DNA of 64,000 nt, taken from the NCBI GenBank assembly GCA_039193885.1, contig JBCCWL010000002.1:41854-105853 (forward strand), in the 5' to 3' direction. The notes beneath the pieces were generated by a model, which saw only the letters and a program-made list of their open reading frames with translations, searched no databases and was not told the DNA's origin. Source of the DNA: Pseudomonadota bacterium. GTDB lineage: Bacteria; Pseudomonadota; Alphaproteobacteria; Rhodobacterales; Rhodobacteraceae. Positions 10,751 through 20,766 of the stretch are shown here, in pieces. The position numbers and the translations under genes were made by a program. Each line of letters begins with the position of its first letter. Position 1 is the stretch's first letter.

Positions 10751-10916
10751 TTCGCCTCCCCCTTCTTCCATTGCTTGTCGCAAAATTGACACGTGAAGGC
10801 CAGCCCAATAGAGGTCGAGTCTTGGGAAAACTGGTTTATTTCCAACGGATTTATGATTTGCTGGCTCAGAAAGATCGTTAGCGGTACGAGCGATAAAACA
10901 ACAGGGGAGATTTAGT

Positions 10917-11669
10917 ATGACAGACAAACGCATTGCCGTTGTCACAGGTGCAGCTCAAGGCATCGGATTGGCCTGCGCACAGGCCCTTCATACAGACGGT
11001 TACAGGCCGATCATGATCGACATAAATGGACAGGCGGTTGTCGATGCGGCTCGGGATCTAGGCGCCGATGCAGTTGGTATCGCATGCGATATGGGTGACG
11101 CAGCGGCGGTGGATGCATTGTTCGACCGGATCGAGGCTGAGTTTGGTCCCGCGCATGTTCTTGTCAACAACGCCGGGATTGCGATGCCCGGGGATTTTCT
11201 GGACTACGCGTTGAGCGATTTCCAACGAGTCATCGACATCAATCTGATCGGGGTTTTTCTGGCCACGCAGCGCGCAGGTCGCGCGATGGTTGCCAATAAG
11301 ATTGAAGGCTCAATTGTGAATATGTCATCGATCAACGCGCAGGTCGCAATCCCTGCAATTCCAGCCTATTGCGCCTCGAAAGGCGGCGTCATGCAACTGA
11401 CCAAAGTCGCAGCTTTAGCATTGGCCCCGCACAATATCCGAGTGAACGCAGTGGGCCCCGGCTCGATCGACACCGCGATGATGGCCGGAGTAAACGCGAA
11501 TCCAGAGGCGTTCAAAAAGGCAATGTCACGCACACCGCTTGGGCGCGCCGGATCGGCAAAAGAGATCGCAGATGTCGTGGCATTTTTGGCAAGTGACAAG
11601 GCCAGCTATGTGACCGGAGAAACAATATATGCTGACGGCGGACGGCTTGGCCTGAACTACACAATGTAG
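10917..11669 (+). CDS. Short-chain dehydrogenase/reductase
   Basis: TGAAQGIG, NNAG, YCASK, RVNAVGPG. Confidence 0.9.
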   Translation: MTDKRIAVVTGAAQGIGLACAQALHTDGYRPIMIDINGQAVVDAARDLGADAVGIACDMGDAAAVDALFDRIEAEFGPAHVLVNNAGIAMPGDFLDYALSDFQRVIDINLIGVFLATQRAGRAMVANKIEGSIVNMSSINAQVAIPAIPAYCASKGGVMQLTKVAALALAPHNIRVNAVGPGSIDTAMMAGVNANPEAFKKAMSRTPLGRAGSAKEIADVVAFLASDKASYVTGETIYADGGRLGLNYTM

Positions 11670-11718
11670 AACCGTGCGACCCGGTCGGATCCCGGACAGA
11701 GTACGGTCGATCATATCT

Positions 11719-12747
11719 TCAGTCATCGCGCCCATGGCGGAACAGACGGGCGGCCAAGGGCGCACCAAGTATCACAAGGAATATTCGCAAGACGTGGTGG
11801 GCGATGACAAAGGCTACATCGGCCCCAACAATCAGAGCGAGGATAGTCAGCTCGGCCTGCCCGCCTGGGGCGAAGGCCAAAAGTGCCTCTAGTGGCGGGG
11901 CAAGATCGGCAAGATAAATGATCTCGACCACGATCCAGGTCAGGCCGGTCAGGATAACGCAGAATCCGAACCCCGCCGTCAGATCACGACGGACCTCCGC
12001 CATGGTGATGCCGGAATATTTCACCCCCACGGTCATGCCTATGAAAAACTGAGCCATCCAGATAGCCTCTGCCGGTGGTCGATATTCAAGAATGCCACCC
12101 AACGCGGCGGCTGCCGCGATAATCAACGGGCCAAGGATTGACGCCCCGAACAAGCCAACCCTTACCGCCAATCGCCATCCGACCAAGGCGCAGATCACCA
12201 TGATTGCCAGTTGTGACAAAGGGATATCTCGTGCTGCAGCGCCCGGTGGTCGGTTCAAATCAGCCTGCCAAACAATTTGCAGCAAGAAAGGTAGCGCCAC
12301 TACGACCACCAGCACCCGTGTTGCATGGATCAACGACAAGGCGCGCGGATCCCCGCCGGCCTCTTCGCCAAAAACCAGCATATCCTGCAGACCGCCCGGC
12401 ATCGCGGAATAGTAGCTGGTCGGAAAATCGAAGCCCCAGAGCCGGTGAAAATACGGGATTCCAACACAGCCGATCGCTGCAATCATAACCGGCACCATCA
12501 GCAATGTGGGCCAATATCCGGTCATCGAGACCAGGATTGCTGGTGTGAATGTTGCGCCCACCGCAACGCCCAGAATGGTCCGCATCGTATCATTCACAGG
12601 CTTGATGCCTTGCATGCGAACGCCCACCAGTGCTGCCAGCAAACACGCAAAAATTGGCCCCAACAACCAGGGAAGCGGCAAGGACAGGGCCGAGAACACT
12701 GCGACACCGACCCCGGCAATGAAAAAGGTGAGAGCGACCTTAATCAC
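11719..12747 (-). CDS. AbrB-family membrane protein (putative ammonia monooxygenase-like)
   Basis: LPLPWLLGP, SAMPGGL and AFAPGG duplicated halves, HxxR motifs. Confidence 0.85.
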   Translation of the reverse strand: MIKVALTFFIAGVGVAVFSALSLPLPWLLGPIFACLLAALVGVRMQGIKPVNDTMRTILGVAVGATFTPAILVSMTGYWPTLLMVPVMIAAIGCVGIPYFHRLWGFDFPTSYYSAMPGGLQDMLVFGEEAGGDPRALSLIHATRVLVVVVALPFLLQIVWQADLNRPPGAAARDIPLSQLAIMVICALVGWRLAVRVGLFGASILGPLIIAAAAALGGILEYRPPAEAIWMAQFFIGMTVGVKYSGITMAEVRRDLTAGFGFCVILTGLTWIVVEIIYLADLAPPLEALLAFAPGGQAELTILALIVGADVAFVIAHHVLRIFLVILGAPLAARLFRHGRDD

Positions 12748-13394
12748 GCGGGCATAGCCTTTAAACGGTGCCTCAGAGATGTCTGCAGATGGGTCTCGGC
12801 CGCCGCCCCGGCGGCTTCGACATCGCGGGCGCGAATGGCGTCAATGATATCCGCATGTTGCTTGCACACCGTTTCGATCCGAACATCATCGGCCAATGTT
12901 GTCGGTCCCAGCAGCATCAGCGCGTTGTTCAGCGCGCGAGCGGAATCCAGTAAAAAGCGATTTCGTGTGCTTAGATAGATGCGACGGTGGAAATCCTGAT
13001 TGTTCGCAACAGCGCGCGCCGTGTGGCCAGAAGACGCGCGGATCGATGCATTGAGCTCCTCAAGCGTATCTATCTCCGCGTCGCTGGCATGTTTCGCCGC
13101 CATCTGGGCGGCCGTGCGTTCAAGCACGATCCGCATTTCATAAAGTTCGACGACTTCGCCGTGACTGAGACGTCTGATAACAGACCCAATTCGGGCTCTG
13201 TGCTCCACGATACCTTCAGCTTCCAGCTTTCTCAGGGCTTCGCGCACAGGCGTGCGGGACAGCTGGAATCGTTGCGATATCTCGGTCTCGCGCAGACGTT
13301 CACCGGGTTGGTATTCACCAGACCGGATGGCAGCAATCAGTCGAAGATACGCAGTTTCGCCATGCGATAGATCTTGGATGTATTGATCGGTCAA
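12744..13394 (-). CDS. GntR/FadR (FCD) transcriptional regulator
   Basis: PGERLRE, SRTPVREAL HTH, FHxxI; probable TTG start at 13394. Confidence 0.88.
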   Translation of the reverse strand: MTDQYIQDLSHGETAYLRLIAAIRSGEYQPGERLRETEISQRFQLSRTPVREALRKLEAEGIVEHRARIGSVIRRLSHGEVVELYEMRIVLERTAAQMAAKHASDAEIDTLEELNASIRASSGHTARAVANNQDFHRRIYLSTRNRFLLDSARALNNALMLLGPTTLADDVRIETVCKQHADIIDAIRARDVEAAGAAAETHLQTSLRHRLKAMPA

Positions 13395-13408
13395 TTGAGG
13401 CTCTGTGA

Positions 13409-13432
13409 TATTGTATCCACTTGGATACAATA
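13409..13432. promoter_or_regulatory. Putative GntR operator
   Basis: Perfect inverted repeat TATTGTATCCA-CT-TGGATACAATA 15 bp upstream of the GntR start; TGT...ACA core typical of GntR sites. Confidence 0.7.
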
Positions 13433-13455
13433 CGCGAAACCGCGCGAAAGACAAT

Positions 13456-13497
13456 CAATCAGCCCGGTCGCTGAAAGCAACCGGTGACGGCTGATTG
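13456..13497 (-). terminator. Stem-loop downstream of the RND gene
   Basis: CAATCAGCC...GGCTGATTG outer stem with inner CCGGTCGC/GCAACCGG pairing. Confidence 0.45.
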
Positions 13498-13510
13498 TCC
13501 TGAAGTCCGC

Positions 13511-16500
13511 CTAGGCTGGATTCGGGGCCATCTGGGCTGCGGCAGCTTTGTCCGAGCGCATAAAGAACACGTAGTAAAAGACCGGTGCAGCAATCAAAGT
13601 CAAAATCGAGGCGAATGCCAGCCCACCCATGATCGTGACCGCCATTGATTGGAAAAACGCGTCACTGATCAATGGGATCATGCCCAGGATCGTGGTTGCC
13701 GCCGCCAAGATCACAGGGCGTAACCTGGATGTCGAGGCTTCGGTTATTGAGTCTCGCAAACCTTGCTCCGGGTTTTCACGACGCACGATGTCGATCTCTT
13801 CGACCAGAACAATCCCATTCTTGATCAGCATGCCCGATAGCGACAAGAGCCCAAGCAAAGCGGTAAACGTGAAGGGCAAACCAGTGCCCAGAAGCGCCAG
13901 GCTAACGCCGTTCACCGACATCGGGACCAAAAACCAAATGATCAAGGGTTGGCGCAAGGCGTTAAACAGCAAAACTGAAATCAAGACCATGATGATCAGG
14001 CTCAGCGGAAGTTGTCGCCCGAGACTCGCCTGAGCGTCACCAGAGCTTTCAAGCTCGCCGCCCCATTCCATCTTATAGCCCGCCGGGATCGCCATCTCAT
14101 CGATTGGGGTCTGTACCTGACGCTGGACCTCGGTTGCGGTCAAGCCCTTCGAGATATCGGCCCCGACTGTGATCGTGTAGATCTGATCACGTCGCATCAT
14201 CAGTGTGTTCTGAGCGTCAAAGCGTAGACCTGTTATCGTCTGCTGAAACGGGACGAAGCCGCCTCGCGCCTCGGAATAGACACCGTAATCTGTCAGGTTA
14301 AGACCATTCTCCGGATCGGCCCTCAAGATTATGGGTATCTGTCGCTCGCCTTCCCGGAACACGCCAGATGATAAGCCGGTGCTGGCAAATCGCATTGTGT
14401 CGGTGATATCACTGCGAGAGATCCCGCTTTCTTGCGAGCGATCGGCTGCATAGACCGGTCTGAGCACCTGTTCTTTCTCGCGCCAGTCGATCCGCGGGGC
14501 AACGATATCGTCGGACGAAGATTGCAGCAGAACCAGGGCCTCAGACGCCAAATCTCTGAGGACTTTCGGATCCGCGCCCGAGAACCGCACCTGAATTGGA
14601 TCACCACCGCCCGGGCCAAAGGCCAGACGCTTGGCACGCAGCTCGCCCTGCGGCACCGCCGTGTCGGCAAACGTTGTCAACTCGGCGATCAGCGGCGCTA
14701 TCGCATCCAGGGTCTGCGTTCGCACAATGATGTGCCCATAGCTCGGGTTGGGATCTTCCCCCTGGTAGGTGAGCATGAACCGAGCAGCCCCTTGACCCGC
14801 GAAGGCCGTGATCGACACCACATCATCCTGCGCGACAAGCCAATCCTCGAGAACAGCAATGTCGCGGGATGTCTCGTGGATCGAGGCCCCCTGAGCCAGT
14901 TTATAGTGCACAAAAAACAGCGGCGTATTGCTGTCGGGGAAAAACTGCTGCTTGATCGAGCCAAATGCCATGAAGCAGACAACCGTGATCCCAACTAACG
15001 TTGGGATAACAGCCCACCAAAAGCGCAAGGACATTCGCAGAAGCCCGCCATAGGCGCGAAACAAAATACCATTATAGGCGTCATCCGTGCCGTCTTCCGA
15101 TTTTGCGCCGACTTTGAAGAAATAATGCCCCAGAAGCGGGGTGACGGTCAGTGCCAGAATCCAGGATAACAGCAGCGAAATCGCGATGACGGCAAAAAGC
15201 GAGAACAGGAACTCGCCCGTTGCGTCGTTGCTCAGACCAATGCCTGCAAAGGCCATGATCGCGATAACCGTCGCGCCAAGTAACGGTATCTGGGTCTTGC
15301 TGGCTGCCTCTTGCGATGCATCGCGCGACGATTGCCCGCGTCGCATGGCCACTTGCATGCCTTCTGCCACCACAATGGCATTGTCGACCAACATGCCCAT
15401 TGCAATGATCAGAGCCCCCAGCGAGATACGTTCCATCTCGATCGAAAAGATCCCCATGAACAAAAGCGTGCCGACCACTGTAAGCAACAAGGTCGAGCCG
15501 ACAACAATAGCCGCGCGCCAGCCCATGAAGACAGCCAGAACAACAACCACGATACTGACCGACATGGCGAGATTGACCAGAAAAGCGTTCGAGGCCTCTT
15601 CGACAACGACATGTTGCTGGTAGATGGGCTCAAAGGAAATCCCCACAGGGATTTGCGGCTGCAATTCTGCGATCCGCGCATCGACCCTGTGCCCGACATC
15701 AACAATGTTTTCATTTGCAACACCCGCCACGCCGACTGTGAATGCATCCAGCCCGTTGAAGCGGATCAGCAATTGCGGATTGGCTTCGCGACCGCGATAC
15801 ACCGAGGCAAAGTCGCGGATGTTGAGAACCTTGCCGCCCACGCCAAGTGGCAGGCCGGCGATTTCTTCGACACTGTCACTGCCCAAAGGGCGCTGGATCA
15901 AAGTCCGCCCAGAGTCGTCTTCAAGACGCCCACCATCGGTGACCTCGTCGGCATTCACCAAAGCACTTTGAACAGCCCCTGGTGAAATCCCCAGGTTTGT
16001 GCTGAGCGCCAGATCGGGCTCGACATAGATAACCTCGTCGCGCAGCCCGTCGACCGTGACATCCGCCACCCCGTCCACAGCAAGCAGTTCGCGCCGCAAA
16101 AACGTCGAGAACTGATAGATCTCCTGATCCGAAAACCCAGGCGCCGTGACCGCGTAGTAGATCCCGTACACATCGCCGAAACTATCATTGACGAACGGCT
16201 GTTTCGCACCGGTGGGCAACCTGGTTTCGGAGACTCTGTTGCGCAGTTTTGTCCAGATCTGCGGCAGTTCGGTCCCGTCATACTGATCTTTCATGTCAAC
16301 CGTGATCCAGGATAGGCCAGGTTGGTTCATCGACCGGATCTGGTCCACTTCCGACATTTTCTGAATTTCGGATTCGATCGGTTCGGACACTTCACGGGCC
16401 ACTTCCGCGGCAGACGCGCCGGGGTATTCAGTCACCACAACCGCGGATTTAATGGTGAAAGCCGGATCCTCGAGACGCCCCAGTGATGAGAACCCCCACA

Positions 16501-16576
16501 GGCCACCGAACAAACATCCAAGGATCAAGATCCACGTGTAAATCGGGCGTTCAATTGAAAAGCGTGCAATGTTCAT
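13511..16576 (-). CDS. RND efflux transporter permease subunit
   Basis: MNIARFSIERP, EDPAFTIK, GMLVDNAIVV, KNGIVL, RLRPV; about 1021 aa. Confidence 0.92.
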   Translation of the reverse strand: MNIARFSIERPIYTWILILGCLFGGLWGFSSLGRLEDPAFTIKSAVVVTEYPGASAAEVAREVSEPIESEIQKMSEVDQIRSMNQPGLSWITVDMKDQYDGTELPQIWTKLRNRVSETRLPTGAKQPFVNDSFGDVYGIYYAVTAPGFSDQEIYQFSTFLRRELLAVDGVADVTVDGLRDEVIYVEPDLALSTNLGISPGAVQSALVNADEVTDGGRLEDDSGRTLIQRPLGSDSVEEIAGLPLGVGGKVLNIRDFASVYRGREANPQLLIRFNGLDAFTVGVAGVANENIVDVGHRVDARIAELQPQIPVGISFEPIYQQHVVVEEASNAFLVNLAMSVSIVVVVLAVFMGWRAAIVVGSTLLLTVVGTLLFMGIFSIEMERISLGALIIAMGMLVDNAIVVAEGMQVAMRRGQSSRDASQEAASKTQIPLLGATVIAIMAFAGIGLSNDATGEFLFSLFAVIAISLLLSWILALTVTPLLGHYFFKVGAKSEDGTDDAYNGILFRAYGGLLRMSLRFWWAVIPTLVGITVVCFMAFGSIKQQFFPDSNTPLFFVHYKLAQGASIHETSRDIAVLEDWLVAQDDVVSITAFAGQGAARFMLTYQGEDPNPSYGHIIVRTQTLDAIAPLIAELTTFADTAVPQGELRAKRLAFGPGGGDPIQVRFSGADPKVLRDLASEALVLLQSSSDDIVAPRIDWREKEQVLRPVYAADRSQESGISRSDITDTMRFASTGLSSGVFREGERQIPIILRADPENGLNLTDYGVYSEARGGFVPFQQTITGLRFDAQNTLMMRRDQIYTITVGADISKGLTATEVQRQVQTPIDEMAIPAGYKMEWGGELESSGDAQASLGRQLPLSLIIMVLISVLLFNALRQPLIIWFLVPMSVNGVSLALLGTGLPFTFTALLGLLSLSGMLIKNGIVLVEEIDIVRRENPEQGLRDSITEASTSRLRPVILAAATTILGMIPLISDAFFQSMAVTIMGGLAFASILTLIAAPVFYYVFFMRSDKAAAAQMAPNPA

Positions 16577-16586
16577 GGGGGCCGCC

Positions 16587-17618
16587 TCAGTTCGCAAAGC
16601 CGGTGAACCGGCGGACGGATTGGCCATCCTGAAGCCGCGCTGCACCACTGGCGACAATCTCTTGCCCTGGCTCGACGCCCGCCATAACCGCAACGCGACC
16701 TGCATCCGTCGGCGCGATTGTCACAGGGGACTTAACCACTGCACCTTCATCCGCCCCGGCAGGCTCAAACACGAGGACACTCACATTGCCGTCGCTATCG
16801 GTCAGCACAGCGGAATGCGGGATCACGATCGGCTCAGGCTCACCCTTCAGCAAAGCAGTCACCGTCACCGATGAGCCCGGAAGCGCCAAAACCCCCGTAG
16901 GCCGTTGCATGCCCATGGTAATCCGAAATGTCTGCCCGATGGAGGACGTCTCGGCGTTGAATTCTCGAACTTCCAGGGGATACCGCTCTGGGCCAGTTGG
17001 AAATGTTGCCCAAAGCTCCACATCTGGGTCTTCGCCAGCACGCTGGAACAAAACCTCGGGCACTTCAATTTCTACGCGAAGCTCCGACATATCATGCAGC
17101 CGGACCACCGGAGTTCCAGCCGCGATGGTCGAGAAATTGGCGACGTCTCGGGCCGCCACCAAGGCGTCAAAGGGCGCATGCAATGTCGCCAATTCAAGTG
17201 AACGTTCGGCGTCACGCTCGGCAACGGACGCAAGCTGGGACTGCGTTTCCGCGTCATCCACTGTCACTTGGCTCACACTGGTGCCTTGAAGCTTCTTCAA
17301 CCGCTCCAAGTTGCGATCTGCCTGCAGTCGTTGTGCCTGCGCACGTTCTAAGGCCAATTGGAAGGGGACAAGATCAAGCTCTGCGATCACGGTGTCCTTG
17401 GCAATCGTATTGCCTTCCAGCACAGGAAACTCGACCACCTGGCCACCAACCTGAAACGCAAGATCCACGGTTTGTTTGGCGATCACCCGACCAAAGAACT
17501 GACGCGTCACACTGCTGTCGCCAGCATTGATCTCGATCAGTTTGACCAAAGGCGCGTCCTGCGCGGAAAGCGGAACTGGAACAAGCATAAGGACGACGAA
17601 GAGAAGGGTCCTGATCAT
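16587..17618 (-). CDS. RND membrane fusion protein
   Basis: LAFQVGG, LHAPFD, hairpin coiled coil; directly upstream of the RND gene. Confidence 0.9.
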   Translation of the reverse strand: MIRTLLFVVLMLVPVPLSAQDAPLVKLIEINAGDSSVTRQFFGRVIAKQTVDLAFQVGGQVVEFPVLEGNTIAKDTVIAELDLVPFQLALERAQAQRLQADRNLERLKKLQGTSVSQVTVDDAETQSQLASVAERDAERSLELATLHAPFDALVAARDVANFSTIAAGTPVVRLHDMSELRVEIEVPEVLFQRAGEDPDVELWATFPTGPERYPLEVREFNAETSSIGQTFRITMGMQRPTGVLALPGSSVTVTALLKGEPEPIVIPHSAVLTDSDGNVSVLVFEPAGADEGAVVKSPVTIAPTDAGRVAVMAGVEPGQEIVASGAARLQDGQSVRRFTGFAN

Positions 17619-17828
17619 TTTTCCTACCTTTCAAAAGTGCGGGTTCAAATGCCGAAACATCGATATAGAAATCTGAAGCAAGCGCGCCACATAGATTCAA
17701 GAGACAAACGGATCAGCCGTTCGAAATACCAAAAAGCGCCGCTGCTGCAACCATGAGATGAAGATCGGTTGCATTACAAGCCCAGTCGCAAAGATTTCAC
17801 CCGGACACCGCGCAATCCGTCTACAGAC

Positions 17829-19145
17829 CTAGGCGCGCCCGGATCGGGTTTCCCAGCGATCGACCCAATTTCGGTACCAAAAGTCAGCAGCATGCAAGAA
17901 ATATGGGCGCGACGCTGGATGCAAAACGCTGGATCTGAGTGCCGTGTGTGAGTACGCGGTCTTTCCACGGGGGTCGCCCAAAGCCTGATACGCAGCCTTA
18001 GCACCCAAATAAGGTGCCATGACTGTCCCTGACCCGGAAAATCCCATGGCATAATGAAGGCCGTTGTGCACACCAACATGCGGCATATGGGTAAAACTAT
18101 ACCCTGTATTGCCCGTCCAGACGTGGCTCAGTTTACAATTGCCAAGCTGTGGCCAAACTTCCAGCATCGTTCTTCTCAACCTGGCAGCAGCTGTCTCAAT
18201 ATCTATGGGAATCATCGCCGCACGGCCGCCCCAAAGCAGACGCGTGCCATCAGGTGAAACCCGAAAGTAGGAATGCCGCGCCCGGGTTTCGACCATCATA
18301 CGACGCGTCGGTGCGATCTGGTCTATGAGGTCTTTTGGTAGCGCCTCGGTCGCGATCATGTAGCTGGGTAAGGGGAAAACGCGGGCTTTGTTCCAACGAA
18401 AAATCTCGGGTGTGTAGCCGTTTGTTGCCAGCACGACCTTTTGGGCTTTGATGTCGCCCTTCGCTGTGGTTGCGACTGTCGCGCCCGCACGCCGGGACAA
18501 GCCAGTGACACCAGCATCTGCGACGATCTGGGCGCCGGATCTTTGCGCTGCTGCAAGTAATCCGCGATGAAATTTTTCCGGATGCAGCCCACCGTGTTCG
18601 GGAAACAAAAGACCGCCAAAATACTGGTCCGAGACAATTTCACCCGCAAGATCCTGCCGCGAGATCTGCTCGACTTTGACCCTTGACTTGGCACGCACAC
18701 CCCGCGCCAGCTGTGCCTGATTTTCCGAATGCGCCTTAGTCCAAGCCAACTGGATCCGACCGGTGATCTGCAGATCGCAGTCAATACTCTGGTCGGAAAT
18801 CAGCGCTTTCACCCAGTCCAGGGCGATCGAGGCTTCGGCAAAAACGCCATCCGCAACATCCGCTCCGAACAGACGCTCCAGCTTAGCCCAACTGAGCCGC
18901 GGATGCGCACCAAACATTCCACCGTTTCTGCTGGAGGCCCCGAAACCAGGTGTGCCCGCATCTACAACGCATACATGTGCTCCACAGTTTCGCGCGGCAA
19001 TAGCCGCCGACAAGCCGGTATAGCCCGCGCCAACAACCAGCAAATCGCAAATGTCAGGCAAGGCTGCATCGCAGTTCTTTGGCGCGGTCTCTTGCGGCCA
19101 CCAATAAGGTGTGCCGCGTTCGGCCTCGCCTGTCCATCTGAGCAC
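17829..19145 (-). CDS. FAD-dependent oxidoreductase (PuuB/DadA, DAO family)
   Basis: VVGAGYTGLSAA, GASSRNGG, VVLATNGY, PHVG. Confidence 0.85.
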   Translation of the reverse strand: MLRWTGEAERGTPYWWPQETAPKNCDAALPDICDLLVVGAGYTGLSAAIAARNCGAHVCVVDAGTPGFGASSRNGGMFGAHPRLSWAKLERLFGADVADGVFAEASIALDWVKALISDQSIDCDLQITGRIQLAWTKAHSENQAQLARGVRAKSRVKVEQISRQDLAGEIVSDQYFGGLLFPEHGGLHPEKFHRGLLAAAQRSGAQIVADAGVTGLSRRAGATVATTAKGDIKAQKVVLATNGYTPEIFRWNKARVFPLPSYMIATEALPKDLIDQIAPTRRMMVETRARHSYFRVSPDGTRLLWGGRAAMIPIDIETAAARLRRTMLEVWPQLGNCKLSHVWTGNTGYSFTHMPHVGVHNGLHYAMGFSGSGTVMAPYLGAKAAYQALGDPRGKTAYSHTALRSSVLHPASRPYFLHAADFWYRNWVDRWETRSGRA

Positions 19146-19207
19146 TTTTCTTCACCCCATGATGCGAGCGCTTTATAGTGTTCTTGTGGGGCTCTTATTG
19201 CCAATTT

Positions 19208-20056
19208 TCAAGCCTGAGCGACTTGTTCGAGCAGCCAGGCAGAAAAGAATTCCGTGTCAGCATCGCGACGCTGCAGGGCAAGAAAATACCCCTCGCTGGG
19301 CTCAGAGCTCGCAGGATGGGCAAGTACAACCTGCCCACTTTTCAACGCCTGCGCGGCGATGATTGAACTGACCAAGGCGATACCGTTGCCAGTGATTGCA
19401 AGTTGTAATGCGGTTCCGTACGCATCGACAGAATATGTAGGCTCCTTTCGGGGCACGCGATTGCGTTCAAACCAGGCTTGCCAATGGTCCGAGGTCCCGA
19501 TGGTTTCGATCAACGGGCAGCGATCAAACTCGGTCTCTAGATGCGCAGCGCGAACCGCTATCATCTGGTTTGGTTTCAAGGCCGTCGCGCCATCACCAAC
19601 TTGCTTCGGCGACCCGAACCGGATCTCAACATCCGCTCGCGGAGACGAAAATTCATCCGGCCAAATTGTGCTGGCAAAGCGCAATTGCAGACGGGGTCGC
19701 TGCCGCATCAGGTCGTCTAGCCGTGGTGCAATAATCCATTCGATCACACTGATTGACGCCGCAACGGTGATCTGATTGCTCTGGCCACCGTCACGATAAG
19801 GCGCTGTCGCCGCCTGTAAGCTTTGAAGAGCCGCCTCCACTTGCGGCAGCAGTTTTCGCCCCTCATTTGTCAGACTCATGCTGCGCGCATGTCGCCTGAA
19901 CAGTGCAACACCTAACCGAATTTCCAACGATTTGATGTGCTGGCTGACCGCAGATTGTGTGAGCCCTATTTCCTGCGCGGCGCCCGTCATGCTCAACAGT
20001 CGCGCGGCGGCCTCAAACGACCGAAACCAAGTCAAGGGAGGAAGCGCATCTTTCAT
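19208..20056 (-). CDS. LysR regulator (GcvA/AmpR-like)
   Basis: LPPLTWFRSFEAAAR...TQSAVSQHIKSLE HTH. Confidence 0.9.
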   Translation of the reverse strand: MKDALPPLTWFRSFEAAARLLSMTGAAQEIGLTQSAVSQHIKSLEIRLGVALFRRHARSMSLTNEGRKLLPQVEAALQSLQAATAPYRDGGQSNQITVAASISVIEWIIAPRLDDLMRQRPRLQLRFASTIWPDEFSSPRADVEIRFGSPKQVGDGATALKPNQMIAVRAAHLETEFDRCPLIETIGTSDHWQAWFERNRVPRKEPTYSVDAYGTALQLAITGNGIALVSSIIAAQALKSGQVVLAHPASSEPSEGYFLALQRRDADTEFFSAWLLEQVAQA

Positions 20057-20068
20057 TCAGTAGCTACT

Positions 20069-20085
20069 CATTAGGATTTCTAATG
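20069..20085. promoter_or_regulatory. LysR binding box (T-N11-A)
   Basis: CATTAG-GATTT-CTAATG perfect dyad between lysR and the divergent operon. Confidence 0.7.
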
Positions 20086-20166
20086 GATAAGCCCAATTTT
20101 CTTTTGTTTGTCAAAGTTTGATTGCTCAGGAAAACTTCGGCGCGACACAGTTAGAGGAGCACGCAG

Positions 20167-20766
20167 GTGGCACCGAAAATTCGCAAGCTCGTCACCTATG
20201 ACGAAGAAGTCTGGATTGAAGGGTTCCGGGAGGTTGCTTCGCCCTGGCGCATGTTCAGCGTCGCGGCGATCGTCCAAAACCCGTGGGCAGGCCGCTATGT
20301 GGATGACCTCAAACCTGAAATCCGTGCCTTCGGACCACGCTTGGGTGAGCTTTTGACAGTTCGGATGATCGAACTGGCTGGGGGAGGCGACAAGATTGAG
20401 GCCTATGGAAAGGCTGCTGTTGTCGGGCTCGATGGCGAAATTGAGCACGGGTCTGGTTTGATCCATACCCTCAGGTTTGGAAATTTTTACCGGCAGGCGG
20501 TCGATGCGAAATCCTACCTGTCTTTCACAAACACACGCGGTGGGGCAAATGCGCCGATCGCGATCCCGATGATGGACAAGAACGATGCCGGTCGCAGGTC
20601 GCATTATCTGACATTGCAATTCTCAATTTGTGATGCACCACGCGCCAATGAAATCATAGTGGCGCTGGCCGGTGCGACCTCTGGGCGCCCACATCATCGC
20701 ATTGGCGACCGTTACCAAGATCTCAAGGACCTAGGACATGACCTGGACAACCCGGCCGCGGTCTAA
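20167..20766 (+). CDS. Amino-acid-synthesis family protein (DUF1185), TgnF-like
   Basis: NPWAGR, IEAYGKAAVVG, GEIEH, RSHY, DAPRANEI, GRPH motifs. Confidence 0.8.
   Translation: MAPKIRKLVTYDEEVWIEGFREVASPWRMFSVAAIVQNPWAGRYVDDLKPEIRAFGPRLGELLTVRMIELAGGGDKIEAYGKAAVVGLDGEIEHGSGLIHTLRFGNFYRQAVDAKSYLSFTNTRGGANAPIAIPMMDKNDAGRRSHYLTLQFSICDAPRANEIIVALAGATSGRPHHRIGDRYQDLKDLGHDLDNPAAV

Noticed and set aside
13511-17618. RND pump without outer-membrane factor and with DN rather than DD in TM4
   Set aside because: Both are known traits of some RND subfamilies, and TolC is often encoded elsewhere.
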